64,000 nucleotides of DNA from positions 62,001 through 126,000 of the forward strand of contig QPGO01000058.1 of NCBI GenBank assembly GCA_008632985.1, given 5' to 3'. A program made the translations under genes and the position numbers. Below, one piece after another: positions 1-10,796 of this stretch (positions are counted from its first letter, which is position 1; every line of letters starts with the position of its first letter). The stretch comes from Psammoneis japonica (Eukaryota). The notes beneath the pieces were generated by a model, which was not told where the DNA came from, did not search any database, and saw only the letters and a program-made list of their open reading frames with translations.

Positions 1-921
1 TTTCCCTGGAACGGTTGCAAATTTGTGAATATGGCAGTTCTTCATCTCATATCCAAGCCCGACGCCGAATCCAAGAGGAACGCTGTCCGTTCGGTGAGCC
101 GATCGTTAGGTGGGTTTCAACTTCCATCTTCGGGTAAAGTCGCTCGCACCCGTTGGCCAGGGAAGCTGTCCGAGGTAATGTCTTTGGCAATGGACAAGGC
201 CAGAGAAGCTGGTATCTGCACCGCAGTTCAAGTGAACCTTACCGATGTAGAAATCATGAGAAACCCCAGCAAAGGTTTGTTTCGAACTCGTCCTGGTACG
301 TACGCCCACAATTTCGTCTCCACCATCTCCCCTGATGGAGTCTATTTCTATCAAGGTTACGGTCCCCGTGGGTACACCCTACTGCAGAACATGCAGTCGC
401 ATAACGTTGATGGTGAAGGCACTCGCTATCCTCTTTCGTTCGAGGATGCAAAGGTTTGGTTGCAGCACTTTGAAGACTTAGCTTACGAAGCAAGCGGGAA
501 ATGGACGGTGGAGGTAAACGCCGCGTATAAGTTTTGTTTTGATGTGGACTTAGCGAAACTCGGGTGCATGAAGATTGGAAACCAGCTGGATCTCTACTAC
601 AAAGTCGATATCATTGAGTTTGATGTTGATCGGATCGAGAAAAACTTTGCCCTCCTTCCTGCTAAGTCTCCTTCCAAGTACCCGCCTTGCAAGGATGGTG
701 ATATTGCCAAGGCGGCCAGCCCCCCTCCAGAATACACCCCCGATGGAGGCGTGCCGCACTACTACACTCCCGAACTGAAATGCTGTGTTCGCTGTGGAAA
801 GGAACCGGTCTCAGTCAAGCGTTGCGCAAAATGTCGCAAAGTGACTTACTGCTCCAAAGAGTGTCAAGTTGCAGATTGGAAACAACGACACAAGTACGCC
901 TGCAAGCATTTGCGCAAATAG
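1..921 (+). CDS. MYND zinc-finger domain protein (5' end probably outside the window)
   Basis: Frame is open from base 1 to TAG at 919-921. The C-terminal CVRCGK...KRCAKCRKVTYCSKECQVADWKQRHKYAC is a canonical zf-MYND. Confidence 0.85.
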   Translation, partial: FPWNGCKFVNMAVLHLISKPDAESKRNAVRSVSRSLGGFQLPSSGKVARTRWPGKLSEVMSLAMDKAREAGICTAVQVNLTDVEIMRNPSKGLFRTRPGTYAHNFVSTISPDGVYFYQGYGPRGYTLLQNMQSHNVDGEGTRYPLSFEDAKVWLQHFEDLAYEASGKWTVEVNAAYKFCFDVDLAKLGCMKIGNQLDLYYKVDIIEFDVDRIEKNFALLPAKSPSKYPPCKDGDIAKAASPPPEYTPDGGVPHYYTPELKCCVRCGKEPVSVKRCAKCRKVTYCSKECQVADWKQRHKYACKHLRK

Positions 922-1633
922 AAAGCAAACTTAGTCTTCTCGTACCCCTTCTCCCGTGTAGTTTTGTTATGTCGATCAAAACAGACTGCTACACAATAAC
1001 CCGCTTCTCTGTTCCCCAGACACGAGCATCTAGTCGTACCGTATGCTACATGTGAAGCAGTAGCACACGCCTACCTGCAGCTCACCTTCGCGCATTAGAG
1101 ATGCCGTAGAACGTAATAGAAGGCCTTTCTTCGCTAAACGAGTCGCTCATCTACGGATATTTCACTTTTGCCAATCCCAGAGAACAACACACCAGTTCTC
1201 CGCATTAGAGCATAATTGTTGTCACCCGAGGCGGGCTTGGCAACTGACAGAGCATGGACGAAGAAGCATTGTAACCTGTTTTCTGGGGGACTTGCACGAA
1301 GGGACAACCGATGGGAATGATGCTGCTCGAGTGTGAGCCATTTGTGTGGCATTTTTGATGGATTTTTGTGTGGCAGTCTGAGGCATTCCTCGTGGAGTTT
1401 TGCAGCTCAGCCGACCAAAAGTCCGTAAAGGCAGTATATATAGTGCTAACTCGTGGCAATCGTTGAGTTGATTGATTAATTTCTAAACGAAAATACGATT
1501 AATTTCTCCCACAGATCCCGAACCATTCGCCCGTCACCGTAGCTAGCCGCCAACTCACCAGCAAACCTGGTACACCTCAAGATTCGATAGATTAGCAATA
1601 TCATACCCGCCCGACTTGCACAGTATGCAGCTG

Positions 1634-2285
1634 TTACTGTTTCTCGTCTCTCCTCTCACTGCACTCACGTTTTTGTCCCTTGAGCCATCCCTTTCGTTGA
1701 CATTCTTGAGAACAATAAAATTTCTGTTTGCATCGACTGCATCGCTTTAGTTTGTACCCAAGTGCGCATTTTCCGCAAACGTCGCAAGGCTCCACGGCGT
1801 CACCAAGGCGTCGTCCTCGAAAGCCATCAAGAAGTTCATCGACCTTTTTCTCCAGCAATCTCCATGGTGACGTCCTCGAGAGCTCCTTCTGGCTTTTCCG
1901 GAAGACAAGCATAAAAGGTCCAACAGCGGACAAAAGCTTCGAACAATCTCTTTTCTTCTTCTTCCGGAACTGGCTCATCTTTGTTGTCATTCATGAATCC
2001 GAACGTTTGCCCTCCATGCAGCTTGAATGTTCTCAGAAAGGCGACCCACTCATCTTCTGTCCACTCTTGTCGCTTTGACCAGTCGCCTACTGGCATCCAG
2101 GAAAGCCCCATGGCAGAAACCGCTGCACACCTGTCTGCCAACACCCGCCAGCATTCCCTCCAGCCTTTCTCGGTGTTTGGGGTCAGCACGATTTGATGAT
2201 GATTCGAGGGTGAACCAAACACTCTCCATCCCAGCCTTACAAAAGTTGACTTGTATGGTTCCTGAGCTTGTTCCTTTGTGGACAT
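1634..2285 (-). pseudogene. MYND zinc-finger protein interrupted by a 1-bp frameshift (pseudogene or assembly indel)
   Basis: ORF 1836-2285 (...MEIAGEK) joins the 1634-1990 frame (VDELLDG...CDVCGK...KRCSRCKQKFYCSQECQRKGW) if one base is removed from the T5 run at 1845-1849. Confidence 0.7.
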
Positions 2286-2607
2286 GACGTTCTATACGAG
2301 ATGCGGGGCAAGTAGTGGGCAAATGTAGCGTCATCGTACAGCATTATCGTGCGTCGCGGTTTCGTTTTGAGGGATGAGCAAGAGTTTTTCGCGGGCGCAC
2401 ACCAGACGAAAAGATTCGCATCATTCAAAACCTTCAATGACGAAGGTTATGATTAAGTCTAGCAATTTTTTCGTCGCTCGCTCGTCTCTCGTCTCTCGTC
2501 GCGTTCGGCACCACAATGGCGTCAATCTTTTGGTTGCTGCGCTCTCGCTTGCTGATCTCTGAATAATCATATAAATCACAATATCAGTCTTCCTCTCTGT
2601 TGCCAGC

Positions 2608-4188
2608 ATGTGGTGGCAAGCTTTTGTGGTCGTTGCGACGGCCATGCCTGTTTGTACTATGGCCCGAGCTGCAAGACGACCCATGATGATGAGATTTACG
2701 CATGCGGTTCCCGTACATTCCGCTGGAAGAGATGACGACGCCTCATCACCCGGTATGGTTGTAAACTGCTCGGAACTCTACTTTACACAAGAGATGGATC
2801 ACTTTGCTCCGTCACCAGCGACGTTTGAACAACGCTACTTTCTCAACGATGAGCATTACCGAACGGGCGGTCCCATGTTTTTTTACCTGGGCAACGAAGC
2901 AGACGTGACGCTCTATGTCAATGCGACAGGTCTCATGTGGGAAAATGCCAAAGAGTTTGGTGCGCTTGTTGTCTTTGCAGAACATCGATACTACGGAAAG
3001 AGTCAACTCTTTCCAAAGGACCCCCTGTCGGACCTTGGCTTTCTTTCAACGGAACAGGCAATCATGGATTATGTGGTTTTGATTTCTCATTTAAAAGAGG
3101 TATACCGTTTCGAGGAAGCTGACGCAGTTATTGGTTTTGGGGGTAGCTACGGTGGGATGCTGGCATCATGGGCTCGGTTCAAGTATCCTCATGTTTGGGA
3201 TGGATGCATCGCGGGGAGTGCACCTATCGTATCCTTTGAAGGGATGGACCCTCCTGTACCGCCAAACTTTTATGCGGAAGGAGTCACCTATGATGTCACT
3301 CAGGCAGCTGGAGCAAGCGAATTCTGCGAACAAAACCTGCGCAAACTCTTTGCAGGAGAAGGGCTCGCTCATGTGGACCCCTTGCTTATTCGCTCTGCCT
3401 TTCAGATTTGCAAGGATGATGATACTGCTGATGAAGATCTGCCCTTGAGCGTCACCGAATGGTTGGGCGAAGCACTGAGCTACATGTCCATGGGGAACTT
3501 TCCCTATCCGAGTACATACATTCTGAATGGGGACGGGCAATTGCCAGCTTTTCCCGTTCGTGTGGCCTGTGAGAACTTGGCCAAAGACATGACTGGCAAT
3601 GATCAGATGGAAGCGTGGCTGGCGGGTTTGGCAGCGTTTGCAGGCGTGTACTACAATTACACGTCTGCGCTGGAGTGCAACACCCTTGCAGCACCCGTCA
3701 ACAACGAGAGCATGATTGTAAACACGTTGTGGAGCTATCAGTACTGCACTCAAATCTTTCAAATATTTGGGCAAACCCCCGACGATCACGACATGTTCTC
3801 GGATCACCCCTGGGACGGTGATGCAACAGCTGCGAACTGCGTGAGGCAGTACGGCACTTATCCGGACCGCCTTCACTTTGCATTGTCCTACGGCAATCCT
3901 AGCGACTGGGCCCGTGAAGCGTCAAATATTGTCTGGTCTCAGGGAGAGTATGACCCATGGAGAGGCGGTGGTGTAGTTGAAGAACTGAATGATTCGCTCG
4001 TTGCGGTTGTAATCGCAGAAGCTGCTCATCATTTGGATTTGTTCTTTTCCCATCCGAACGATACTGATGCTGTGATATCCGCTCGCAAACTGGAAATGGA
4101 CAATGTGCGAAAGTGGATCAAGGAGAAGAAGGAGAGAGGAATGGCGCACGAACCGAATGCAAGCCTCCAAGGAAATCGAATCGCGTAG
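2608..4188 (+). CDS. PRCP: Serine carboxypeptidase S28 (lysosomal Pro-X carboxypeptidase-like), secreted
   Basis: Hydrophobic signal peptide. Motifs QEMDHF, FFYLGNEA, EHRYYGKS, nucleophile GGSYGG, DPW and AAHHLDL. 526 aa, intronless. Confidence 0.92.
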   Translation: MWWQAFVVVATAMPVCTMARAARRPMMMRFTHAVPVHSAGRDDDASSPGMVVNCSELYFTQEMDHFAPSPATFEQRYFLNDEHYRTGGPMFFYLGNEADVTLYVNATGLMWENAKEFGALVVFAEHRYYGKSQLFPKDPLSDLGFLSTEQAIMDYVVLISHLKEVYRFEEADAVIGFGGSYGGMLASWARFKYPHVWDGCIAGSAPIVSFEGMDPPVPPNFYAEGVTYDVTQAAGASEFCEQNLRKLFAGEGLAHVDPLLIRSAFQICKDDDTADEDLPLSVTEWLGEALSYMSMGNFPYPSTYILNGDGQLPAFPVRVACENLAKDMTGNDQMEAWLAGLAAFAGVYYNYTSALECNTLAAPVNNESMIVNTLWSYQYCTQIFQIFGQTPDDHDMFSDHPWDGDATAANCVRQYGTYPDRLHFALSYGNPSDWAREASNIVWSQGEYDPWRGGGVVEELNDSLVAVVIAEAAHHLDLFFSHPNDTDAVISARKLEMDNVRKWIKEKKERGMAHEPNASLQGNRIA

Positions 4189-4372
4189 TACCTACTGTGT
4201 GGGGAGTTTTTGCGAGAGTTAATCAGGTAGCTTAATTTCTTTAGGTCCGTTATGTACATCAGTGCCTTGCTGGTCTGATTTCGTAGTACCTACTGTGTGG
4301 GTAGTTTTTGCTAGAGTTAACTAGGTAGCTTAACTCCTTTAGGTCCGTTTTATACATCAGCGCCTTGCTGGC
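4184..4372. repeat. Two-copy ~98-bp tandem direct repeat in the convergent 3' intergenic region
   Basis: cgtagtacctactgtgtggg...catcagYgccttgctgg occurs at 4184-4273 and 4282-4372 with few differences. Confidence 0.9.
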
Positions 4373-4420
4373 TTTAGGGGACATTGTGACACTTCGCTAC
4401 GCAGCTCAAACTTATGCTCG

Positions 4421-5875
4421 CTAGACAACGCACTTGACGCATCCTGAGAAGCGGCAGTTCTTATCAGCGCGTCGGCGTGCTCCCTTCTTGTTCTTTCTGG
4501 TCAGTATCGCATGGTCGCTGGCAGTACTGCCAGACATCGATGCGTCATCGCTGGTCTGGAATGCCCAATCCAAATTCTTGTTTGGAAAACCATGGCTGTG
4601 AGTGTTTAGTTGGTAGTAGGATACTACACTGCTTGGAGAATTCCTATTCGTCGAGACTCTGGACTGTCCACTTGAGCTCATATCCGAAGAAGCGACAGTT
4701 TCTGCAGTTCCATCTCCAGGTATCCACTTTGGGAGTTCCCTGACTGATTTGGGTGTTTGTTCGATTGGCTCTTCTTGTGTAATAAAGTAGGGAAGGTTCA
4801 ACCTTGGCACAAGCTTGCACGATTTTGGTGTCCTCTCATCTTGCCCGCTGTTGTCGGAGAACCTCGAATGACCAGCACCATTTCGATTGCGAGTACCAAA
4901 CGAGCTAGCGCTCAACGCGACCGACTTGCTGGAGCATGACGACGGAGAAATCGATTTAACTGGTTTCTTCTTCTTTTTAGCTGTGCAAGACGGCGTGCGA
5001 GGAGGTTCGTCATCCTCAAGCAGAGAGATGTGTGACCCACTCGCACTAAAGAACGTATCTTCAGTACAAGATTGTTCCAGGGAGCATTCAATACCCACCT
5101 CCTCGACGGGTGGAAGGAACGCCGGATCTTGAGTAAATTTCACTTCATAGGAGCTACTACTGTCAGAATCCGATCCTAATAATCCAGCTTCCACATAATC
5201 TGGAGCAACAGACGGAACAAAAGGTTGGCCAGTAATGTTTTTGACAGATGCAAAGTAGGAAGTCAAATCTGGCCCTCTCTCTGTAACTTCAGGCATGATG
5301 TGTCTGCGGTATTCTTCTTCATCAATCGACAGCGACACGTCATTAAGGTACACCAACAGCGTTGCAACCTGCTCTCGACTCTTCTCTCGCATACGTTTAA
5401 TCTCAGGCTTTGATGAGTAGTAGTCCTTATGAAGTGGCAACACCTTGGTCATGAATTTCACCAGTCTGTGGCCTTGCGTAAAGGATTCGAGCAGGTTGGA
5501 CCAATCATCCTCACCGAGACCTCTCACGAAGTACTGTTTGACCATCCATTTGGCAACAAAGTCGTTCATAATACGCCCCGCCAGTGCAAAGTAGTCCTCC
5601 ACTGGCACTTGTTGTCTGATGCAAAAAGAGAGACCGCCAGCCTCCTCATCTTTTTCAACGAGCCTGTCACGCAACTTTCGTCCTCGTTCTCTCCAGTACG
5701 CATCCTCTCCCTGAGCAGCGAGCGACAGCCTCTTCTCTTCCAAGTTATTTCGACTGCTTACATCAAAAGAGCCATTGTACGCATCATACGGATTTTGGCC
5801 AAAGGAAGGAGCGGTCTTTGAACGTGCAGGAGGGATCATGGTGAAAATTGTTTTCGTTTCTCGACAAAACTTCAT
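4421..5875 (-). CDS. Hypothetical protein: N-terminal USP8-dimerisation/AMSH-MIT-like helical domain plus Ser-rich disordered tail
   Basis: 484-aa ORF (start may be 5839). VEDYFALAGRI...QGHRLVKFMTKVLPLHKDY resembles the USP8_dimer domain. Clear paralog at 9027-10179. Confidence 0.7.
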   Translation of the reverse strand: MKFCRETKTIFTMIPPARSKTAPSFGQNPYDAYNGSFDVSSRNNLEEKRLSLAAQGEDAYWRERGRKLRDRLVEKDEEAGGLSFCIRQQVPVEDYFALAGRIMNDFVAKWMVKQYFVRGLGEDDWSNLLESFTQGHRLVKFMTKVLPLHKDYYSSKPEIKRMREKSREQVATLLVYLNDVSLSIDEEEYRRHIMPEVTERGPDLTSYFASVKNITGQPFVPSVAPDYVEAGLLGSDSDSSSSYEVKFTQDPAFLPPVEEVGIECSLEQSCTEDTFFSASGSHISLLEDDEPPRTPSCTAKKKKKPVKSISPSSCSSKSVALSASSFGTRNRNGAGHSRFSDNSGQDERTPKSCKLVPRLNLPYFITQEEPIEQTPKSVRELPKWIPGDGTAETVASSDMSSSGQSRVSTNRNSPSSVVSYYQLNTHSHGFPNKNLDWAFQTSDDASMSGSTASDHAILTRKNKKGARRRADKNCRFSGCVKCVV

Positions 5876-6449
5876 CGTTGTGACGCTCTGGCTCGTAATT
5901 TCTGGTTTGTGGTTTCTGATCCTTTTTTACTTTTTACGTGAGAATTAGTACTGGATAACGTACAGTAACGTAGATTGCGTAACTCGTACGTTTCGTACTG
6001 ACTCATTGTAAATGCGACACATGAACAATAACGGCTTTTCCTAAACACGCTAACGCCACGTAGCATCACTATCTGAACATATCGTTGAAACTCTCTAAGA
6101 CAAAATTTCGTTTTCCCATCAACGCTCCAAAGCTCTTATTGATTCATATAACATTTATGACTTATTCAGTTTTTATTGATTTTAAAAAGAAATTTAAATT
6201 CATATAACCCTTATGGGTAAATGATTCAATGAATGTCGCCAGCGTGTCTTCGCTCGTCCTTCACCCGTGTCTCACATTTTGTTTACACGGACATGGACAG
6301 GCATTTTGGCGCGAACAAATCCTTGCAAACGGAATTCTTCAAACGCGATCCTGCCGCAATAACCGGTCATGCTGCATTCAACGGTGCGTGGCGGATTATC
6401 ACTCCAGATTCAGAGCTGCAGCAGACGAGAGTACGCCATCTGTACCACC

Positions 6450-8852
6450 ATGCCATCATCTAGACGTAAAGATGAGAATGGCCTACCCCCCGTGAAAAAG
6501 GGCGGGATCCCGTTATGGGTCTTTCGCTTGATTCGCTGCTTGCTGTGTCTATGCCCGTTCGATGCATATGTTATGTTTCCGCTCATGATATTAATGGGAA
6601 TTGCGGTCTTGGGTATTGTTGCGTCCTTTGCCAACAAAGAGGAAGGGCGACTGGCGTATTGGATCCCCATGGGTGTCTTGGCTTTTCTGTTCATGGCGCT
6701 TTGGCTGAAATGGGCCAGGACGCATCCTCGTGTCCCTCAAGAAGACGATGTCGCCAAGTTTTCAATTCGCGACGAAACTTGTCCACGAGCACCAGTCGCG
6801 CCTCTGCGGGGTGAACTTGTGGCCAAGGGTGACTCGTGGTTCAAGGACGAGCTTGGAAGGAGGATGCTTTTGCGAGGAATCAACCTACAGAGCGGCACAA
6901 AACTTCCTTTTTATCCTGAAGATCAACGAGGCACGCATCTTGCCAATGAAAATTTTGAGAATTATGGCAGCGTCAGTTTTGTGGGTCGTCCCTTTCCACT
7001 CGAAGAAGCGGACTTGCATTTATGCAGGCTTCGAGCCATGGGGTTGACCTTTTTGCGTTTTCTCGTAACGTGGGAGGCGATTGAACACGAGGCTCCCAAT
7101 GTGTATGATTTGGAGTATCTCGACTATTTGAAGAAATTGGTGCAGAAATGCAACGCGCATGGATTGAGCCTCTTTATCGACCTGCACCAAGATGTTTGGA
7201 GTCGCTGGACAGGAGGTGACGGTGCTCCTGGTTGGACTTTGGAAAAGGTTGGATTTGCGCTAGACAAGCTGGATGACAGCGCGGCTGCCATTACGCATCA
7301 AAAGTGGAAAGAAGGCGAGTTTCCAAAAATGGTTTGGAACTCCAACAACTCGAGGTTGGCTGCAGGTACCATGTGGACGTTGTTTTTTGCTGGTAATGAC
7401 TTTGCACCCAAGACAAAGATTGATGGAGTCCCAGTACAAGAATACTTGCAAAGTCATTTTATCGCAGCAATGGCTATGGTGGCCAAAACCCTCAAAGATG
7501 AACCCAACGTGGTTGGCTTTGACATTCTCAATGAACCCTCGGTGGGCTTTGTTGGAGTAAAAGACGCCCGTGATATCGGGCCGAATTCATACTTTGTGGG
7601 CTACAGGGTAGATCCGTGGTCTGCCATGAAAATGGGAGCTGGAGAGACTTGCACAGTTAATTTCTTTTCGAGTTTTATGCTTTACGATGGAAAACGCAAG
7701 CTCAACACGGACAATGTGTGTGCCTGGAAGAATGGGCCAGAGTCGTGCGTCTGGCTTGATAATGGCGTTTGGAAGATGAACGAAAACGGCAAGCCTCAAC
7801 TGCTCAAGCCATTTCACTTTGCCACCAATCCAAACACAGGAGAACCGATTGAGTTTGTTCACGATTATGGTGTCCCATTCTGGCTGGATGCAGCCAAGGC
7901 GATTCGAGAGCACATGCCAGATGCAATCATCTTTGCCGAACCGATTTTAGATATGACTGATCCGAGCAAGGAAGAATTTCCCATGCTTACGGACGAGCAG
8001 GTTGGTGCTGGCTATGTGTGGGCAAGTCACTACTATGACGGAATGACACTCATGACAAAGACCTTTAGTAGATATGCTGGCTTGGATTCAGTCACGCAGA
8101 GGCCATCAATAGGTATGGACTCCATCGCGAACTCGTACGGAAAGGGCATTGCGGTTTCAAAGAAGGAGGCCGGAAGTATGGGCACAGGTGGTTGCCCCGT
8201 TCTGATTGGTGAGTGTGGAATCCCCTTTGACATGGGCGCAGAAGGCCTGCGGAACCCTCTGTTTTTCCGTGATCGAAAGAAGAGGGCTGCATTCCAGACC
8301 GGTGATTTCTCCATGTGCACCAACGCTCTCAATCGGACAATGGAAGCACTGGACGTGGCTCAGGTTTCGTATACGATATGGTGCTACAATCCCGACAACA
8401 CCAATAAAGATGGTGATGGGTGGAACGGAGAGGATCTGTCCTTGTTCTCTCGGGATCAATGTGTTCCAGGAGAAGAGGACGACCTATTCAACGGTGGGAG
8501 GTCTTTGCTTGCTGCCATTCGACCGTATCCTCAGAAAGTCGCCGGAGATGTGGATCGTTTCTCGTTTCAACTCTACCGAAAGAATCGACGATTCGATTTA
8601 GTTTTCAACGCCGACCAAAGTCTCGCCACAAAGGAAACTGTGATTTTTCTTCCGAAATATCAGTATCCTCACGGTGTTGACGTTCGAATCAAGAAGGGAG
8701 AAGGGTCGTACGAGATCGATTGGGATTTGCAGACTCTAACGTACACTCACAGCGAAGAAAGCACCGTCAACCATCTCGTCATTACAAAGCTTCCACATCC
8801 AACCCCGAGTGAAGGGGGGGCTCCTGATTTGGGGCTGCAACCAGTTCAATGA
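6450..8852 (+). CDS. Glycoside hydrolase family 5, endoglycoceramidase-related/glucosylceramidase-like, with N-terminal TM helices
   Basis: LRGINL, FVGRPFPLEEAD, WEAIEH, DLHQDVWSRWTGGDGAP, acid/base NEP, nucleophile GECG, DGWNGEDLS and IRPYP. Two hydrophobic segments near the N-terminus. First ATG at 6450. Confidence 0.88.
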   Translation: MPSSRRKDENGLPPVKKGGIPLWVFRLIRCLLCLCPFDAYVMFPLMILMGIAVLGIVASFANKEEGRLAYWIPMGVLAFLFMALWLKWARTHPRVPQEDDVAKFSIRDETCPRAPVAPLRGELVAKGDSWFKDELGRRMLLRGINLQSGTKLPFYPEDQRGTHLANENFENYGSVSFVGRPFPLEEADLHLCRLRAMGLTFLRFLVTWEAIEHEAPNVYDLEYLDYLKKLVQKCNAHGLSLFIDLHQDVWSRWTGGDGAPGWTLEKVGFALDKLDDSAAAITHQKWKEGEFPKMVWNSNNSRLAAGTMWTLFFAGNDFAPKTKIDGVPVQEYLQSHFIAAMAMVAKTLKDEPNVVGFDILNEPSVGFVGVKDARDIGPNSYFVGYRVDPWSAMKMGAGETCTVNFFSSFMLYDGKRKLNTDNVCAWKNGPESCVWLDNGVWKMNENGKPQLLKPFHFATNPNTGEPIEFVHDYGVPFWLDAAKAIREHMPDAIIFAEPILDMTDPSKEEFPMLTDEQVGAGYVWASHYYDGMTLMTKTFSRYAGLDSVTQRPSIGMDSIANSYGKGIAVSKKEAGSMGTGGCPVLIGECGIPFDMGAEGLRNPLFFRDRKKRAAFQTGDFSMCTNALNRTMEALDVAQVSYTIWCYNPDNTNKDGDGWNGEDLSLFSRDQCVPGEEDDLFNGGRSLLAAIRPYPQKVAGDVDRFSFQLYRKNRRFDLVFNADQSLATKETVIFLPKYQYPHGVDVRIKKGEGSYEIDWDLQTLTYTHSEESTVNHLVITKLPHPTPSEGGAPDLGLQPVQ

Positions 8853-9026
8853 TGTGGAAAATCTTTGTCTACGAAGTTTTCTGGCTGTTGCACATTTTCT
8901 ACGTCTTATTTCTCCAGATAGGCATGTACTTGTAGTAGTAGATTTTAATATGGATGATTTATATCATGAGGGCCCTACCCTCCTCCGATTACCCCCAACT
9001 CCCCACTGCATATCCAATAGGACCTG

Positions 9027-10179
9027 CTACTCTAGGACAAATCGAATGCAACCCTTGAAGCGGCCCAATTTGTCTTGTCGTCGTCGTTGTTGTCCAGAGC
9101 TGCTCTTGTTTAACGACCCATTGATGAGTGTCACACGATCGTCAGTGGATTCTTTCCAGCTGCTTGAAGCGTGACGCTCGGTTCTTTTGCTGGATATGAA
9201 GGCGCTATGAGCATCCAACTTCTGGAATCGAAACGATCCTGATGAGGCGGTGTCTGCAGAAAAGACCGTGGATGCAGTCGCTTCCTCGTGCTTCGACCAA
9301 GACCGGTCGTTTGGCGAGGAAGTGTCACCAAAACCGAATTGCGGGCAGATTATTTTCTTTTCGACACAATAGTCTCGTGAGGCACTCAGTTCCCAATTGC
9401 TCTCGCTAAGCTCTGAACTGGAACTCACATTGAGAGTTGTTTCGTGAGGATAAACGTATTTCATGGGCGTTCGCACTTTTAATTTCATTGGAGTTGTAGC
9501 ATCTGACTGTTCTAACAAGGAAATGTTTGACCCGCCAGGGCGGAAGAATGAATTGACGGCATTAGGCTCCGATCCTTCAATCTGAGTGCTGGAAGCGTCG
9601 CTATCAAGTGACAAAATCTCCAATGGCGGGTCTTGACTCGCCCAATGCGACTCGTCATGCATGAGCTCTTGCGGGCGTTTCGTAGACTTTTTTGCTAAAA
9701 CCAGAAGGCACTTTGGGTCCACGACCGTCGTCACGGCTTAGGGCACGAGTTACTTGCTTTCGAAATTCTTCTTGATCAATCGTTAACGCGCCTTCCTCCA
9801 ACATTTCAACAACGGTGGAGAGATCTCGATTGCACTTCTCTCGCATCCGTCGTACCTTGGGATCCATCGAAAGGTAGTCTTGGTGCATGGGCAAGACGTT
9901 GGTCAAAAAGTTCACGATTCGATTGCCTTGTTTATACGATTCAAGCAACTCGATCCATTCTTCCTCACCGGTCGACTGGTTGGTCTTCCACCTGGATAGA
10001 AATTCGTTCAAAATCTTGAGAGCGAGTTTAAAGTACTCGCCGATATCAACATTTTGCTTGATTGAAAATGTCAGACCACCAGCTTCTTCATCCTCACGAA
10101 TGAGCCTCTCACGCAGACTTTGTCCATGCTGTCGCCACAAAGCAGCTGTTAGGTTGCTTTCCAAGTTGTACTGCTGCAT
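9027..10179 (-). pseudogene. Paralog of the 4421-5875 gene, split by a frameshift
   Basis: Shares LRERLIREDEEAGGLTF, VLPMHQDY and C-terminal RRRQDK..RFKGCI with 4421-5875. ORFs 9655-10179 and 9027-9734 join if one base is removed from the T6 run at 9688-9693. Confidence 0.7.
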
Positions 10180-10796
10180 TTTTTGCTGGGAATGATTCTG
10201 CTACTTGTAAACTGCAATCCTGAGTTTCTCCAGCCTATGGCTTCGATTGCTGTCGTTTCGCTTTGTTGACGACTTTGGTCTCTGGAACTTGCAACAAGGC
10301 GGTCGTTCTCTGAGCAACATAACTGCTTGCCGTGAGATCCTTCAAGAGGAAGAAGAGAGGATGATGTGAAACACGAGAATTGACCGCGCCGGCCGTTTTG
10401 ATTTTTCAAAAAATATCTCAATACTGAACGGATTGACGTAGAAGCTACTACACATTCAAATATACAAACCTAAGAATCTGAAGGAAGCATTATCCTGAAG
10501 ATGCCATACAGAAGATGTAACAATAGATTCAAGTATCAATACAGAAAATAAAATCGACCGTTGAGTTGGCTTTCTCGCGCCATTTTCTTGCCATTTGAAA
10601 ACTTCAGTCTCTACTTGAACCCCAGTATCTATCTACAGCATGTAGATCCTACATGATTTTGTACCGGATGCAATTGCCCCCAATGATTTCACGTTTCGAT
10701 AATCTCTGTCTCACAACATCATCATCATGAAGAGCATCTCATCGAGATAGATCGCTAGCGAGACAATTGTAGCGCATCAAAGCAACGACAACAAAC

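Noticed and set aside
9695..9753. 59-nt GT-AG intron to repair the split 9027-10179 gene
   Set aside because: Donor phase 0 does not match the phase-1 acceptor needed; a homopolymer indel is the simpler explanation.
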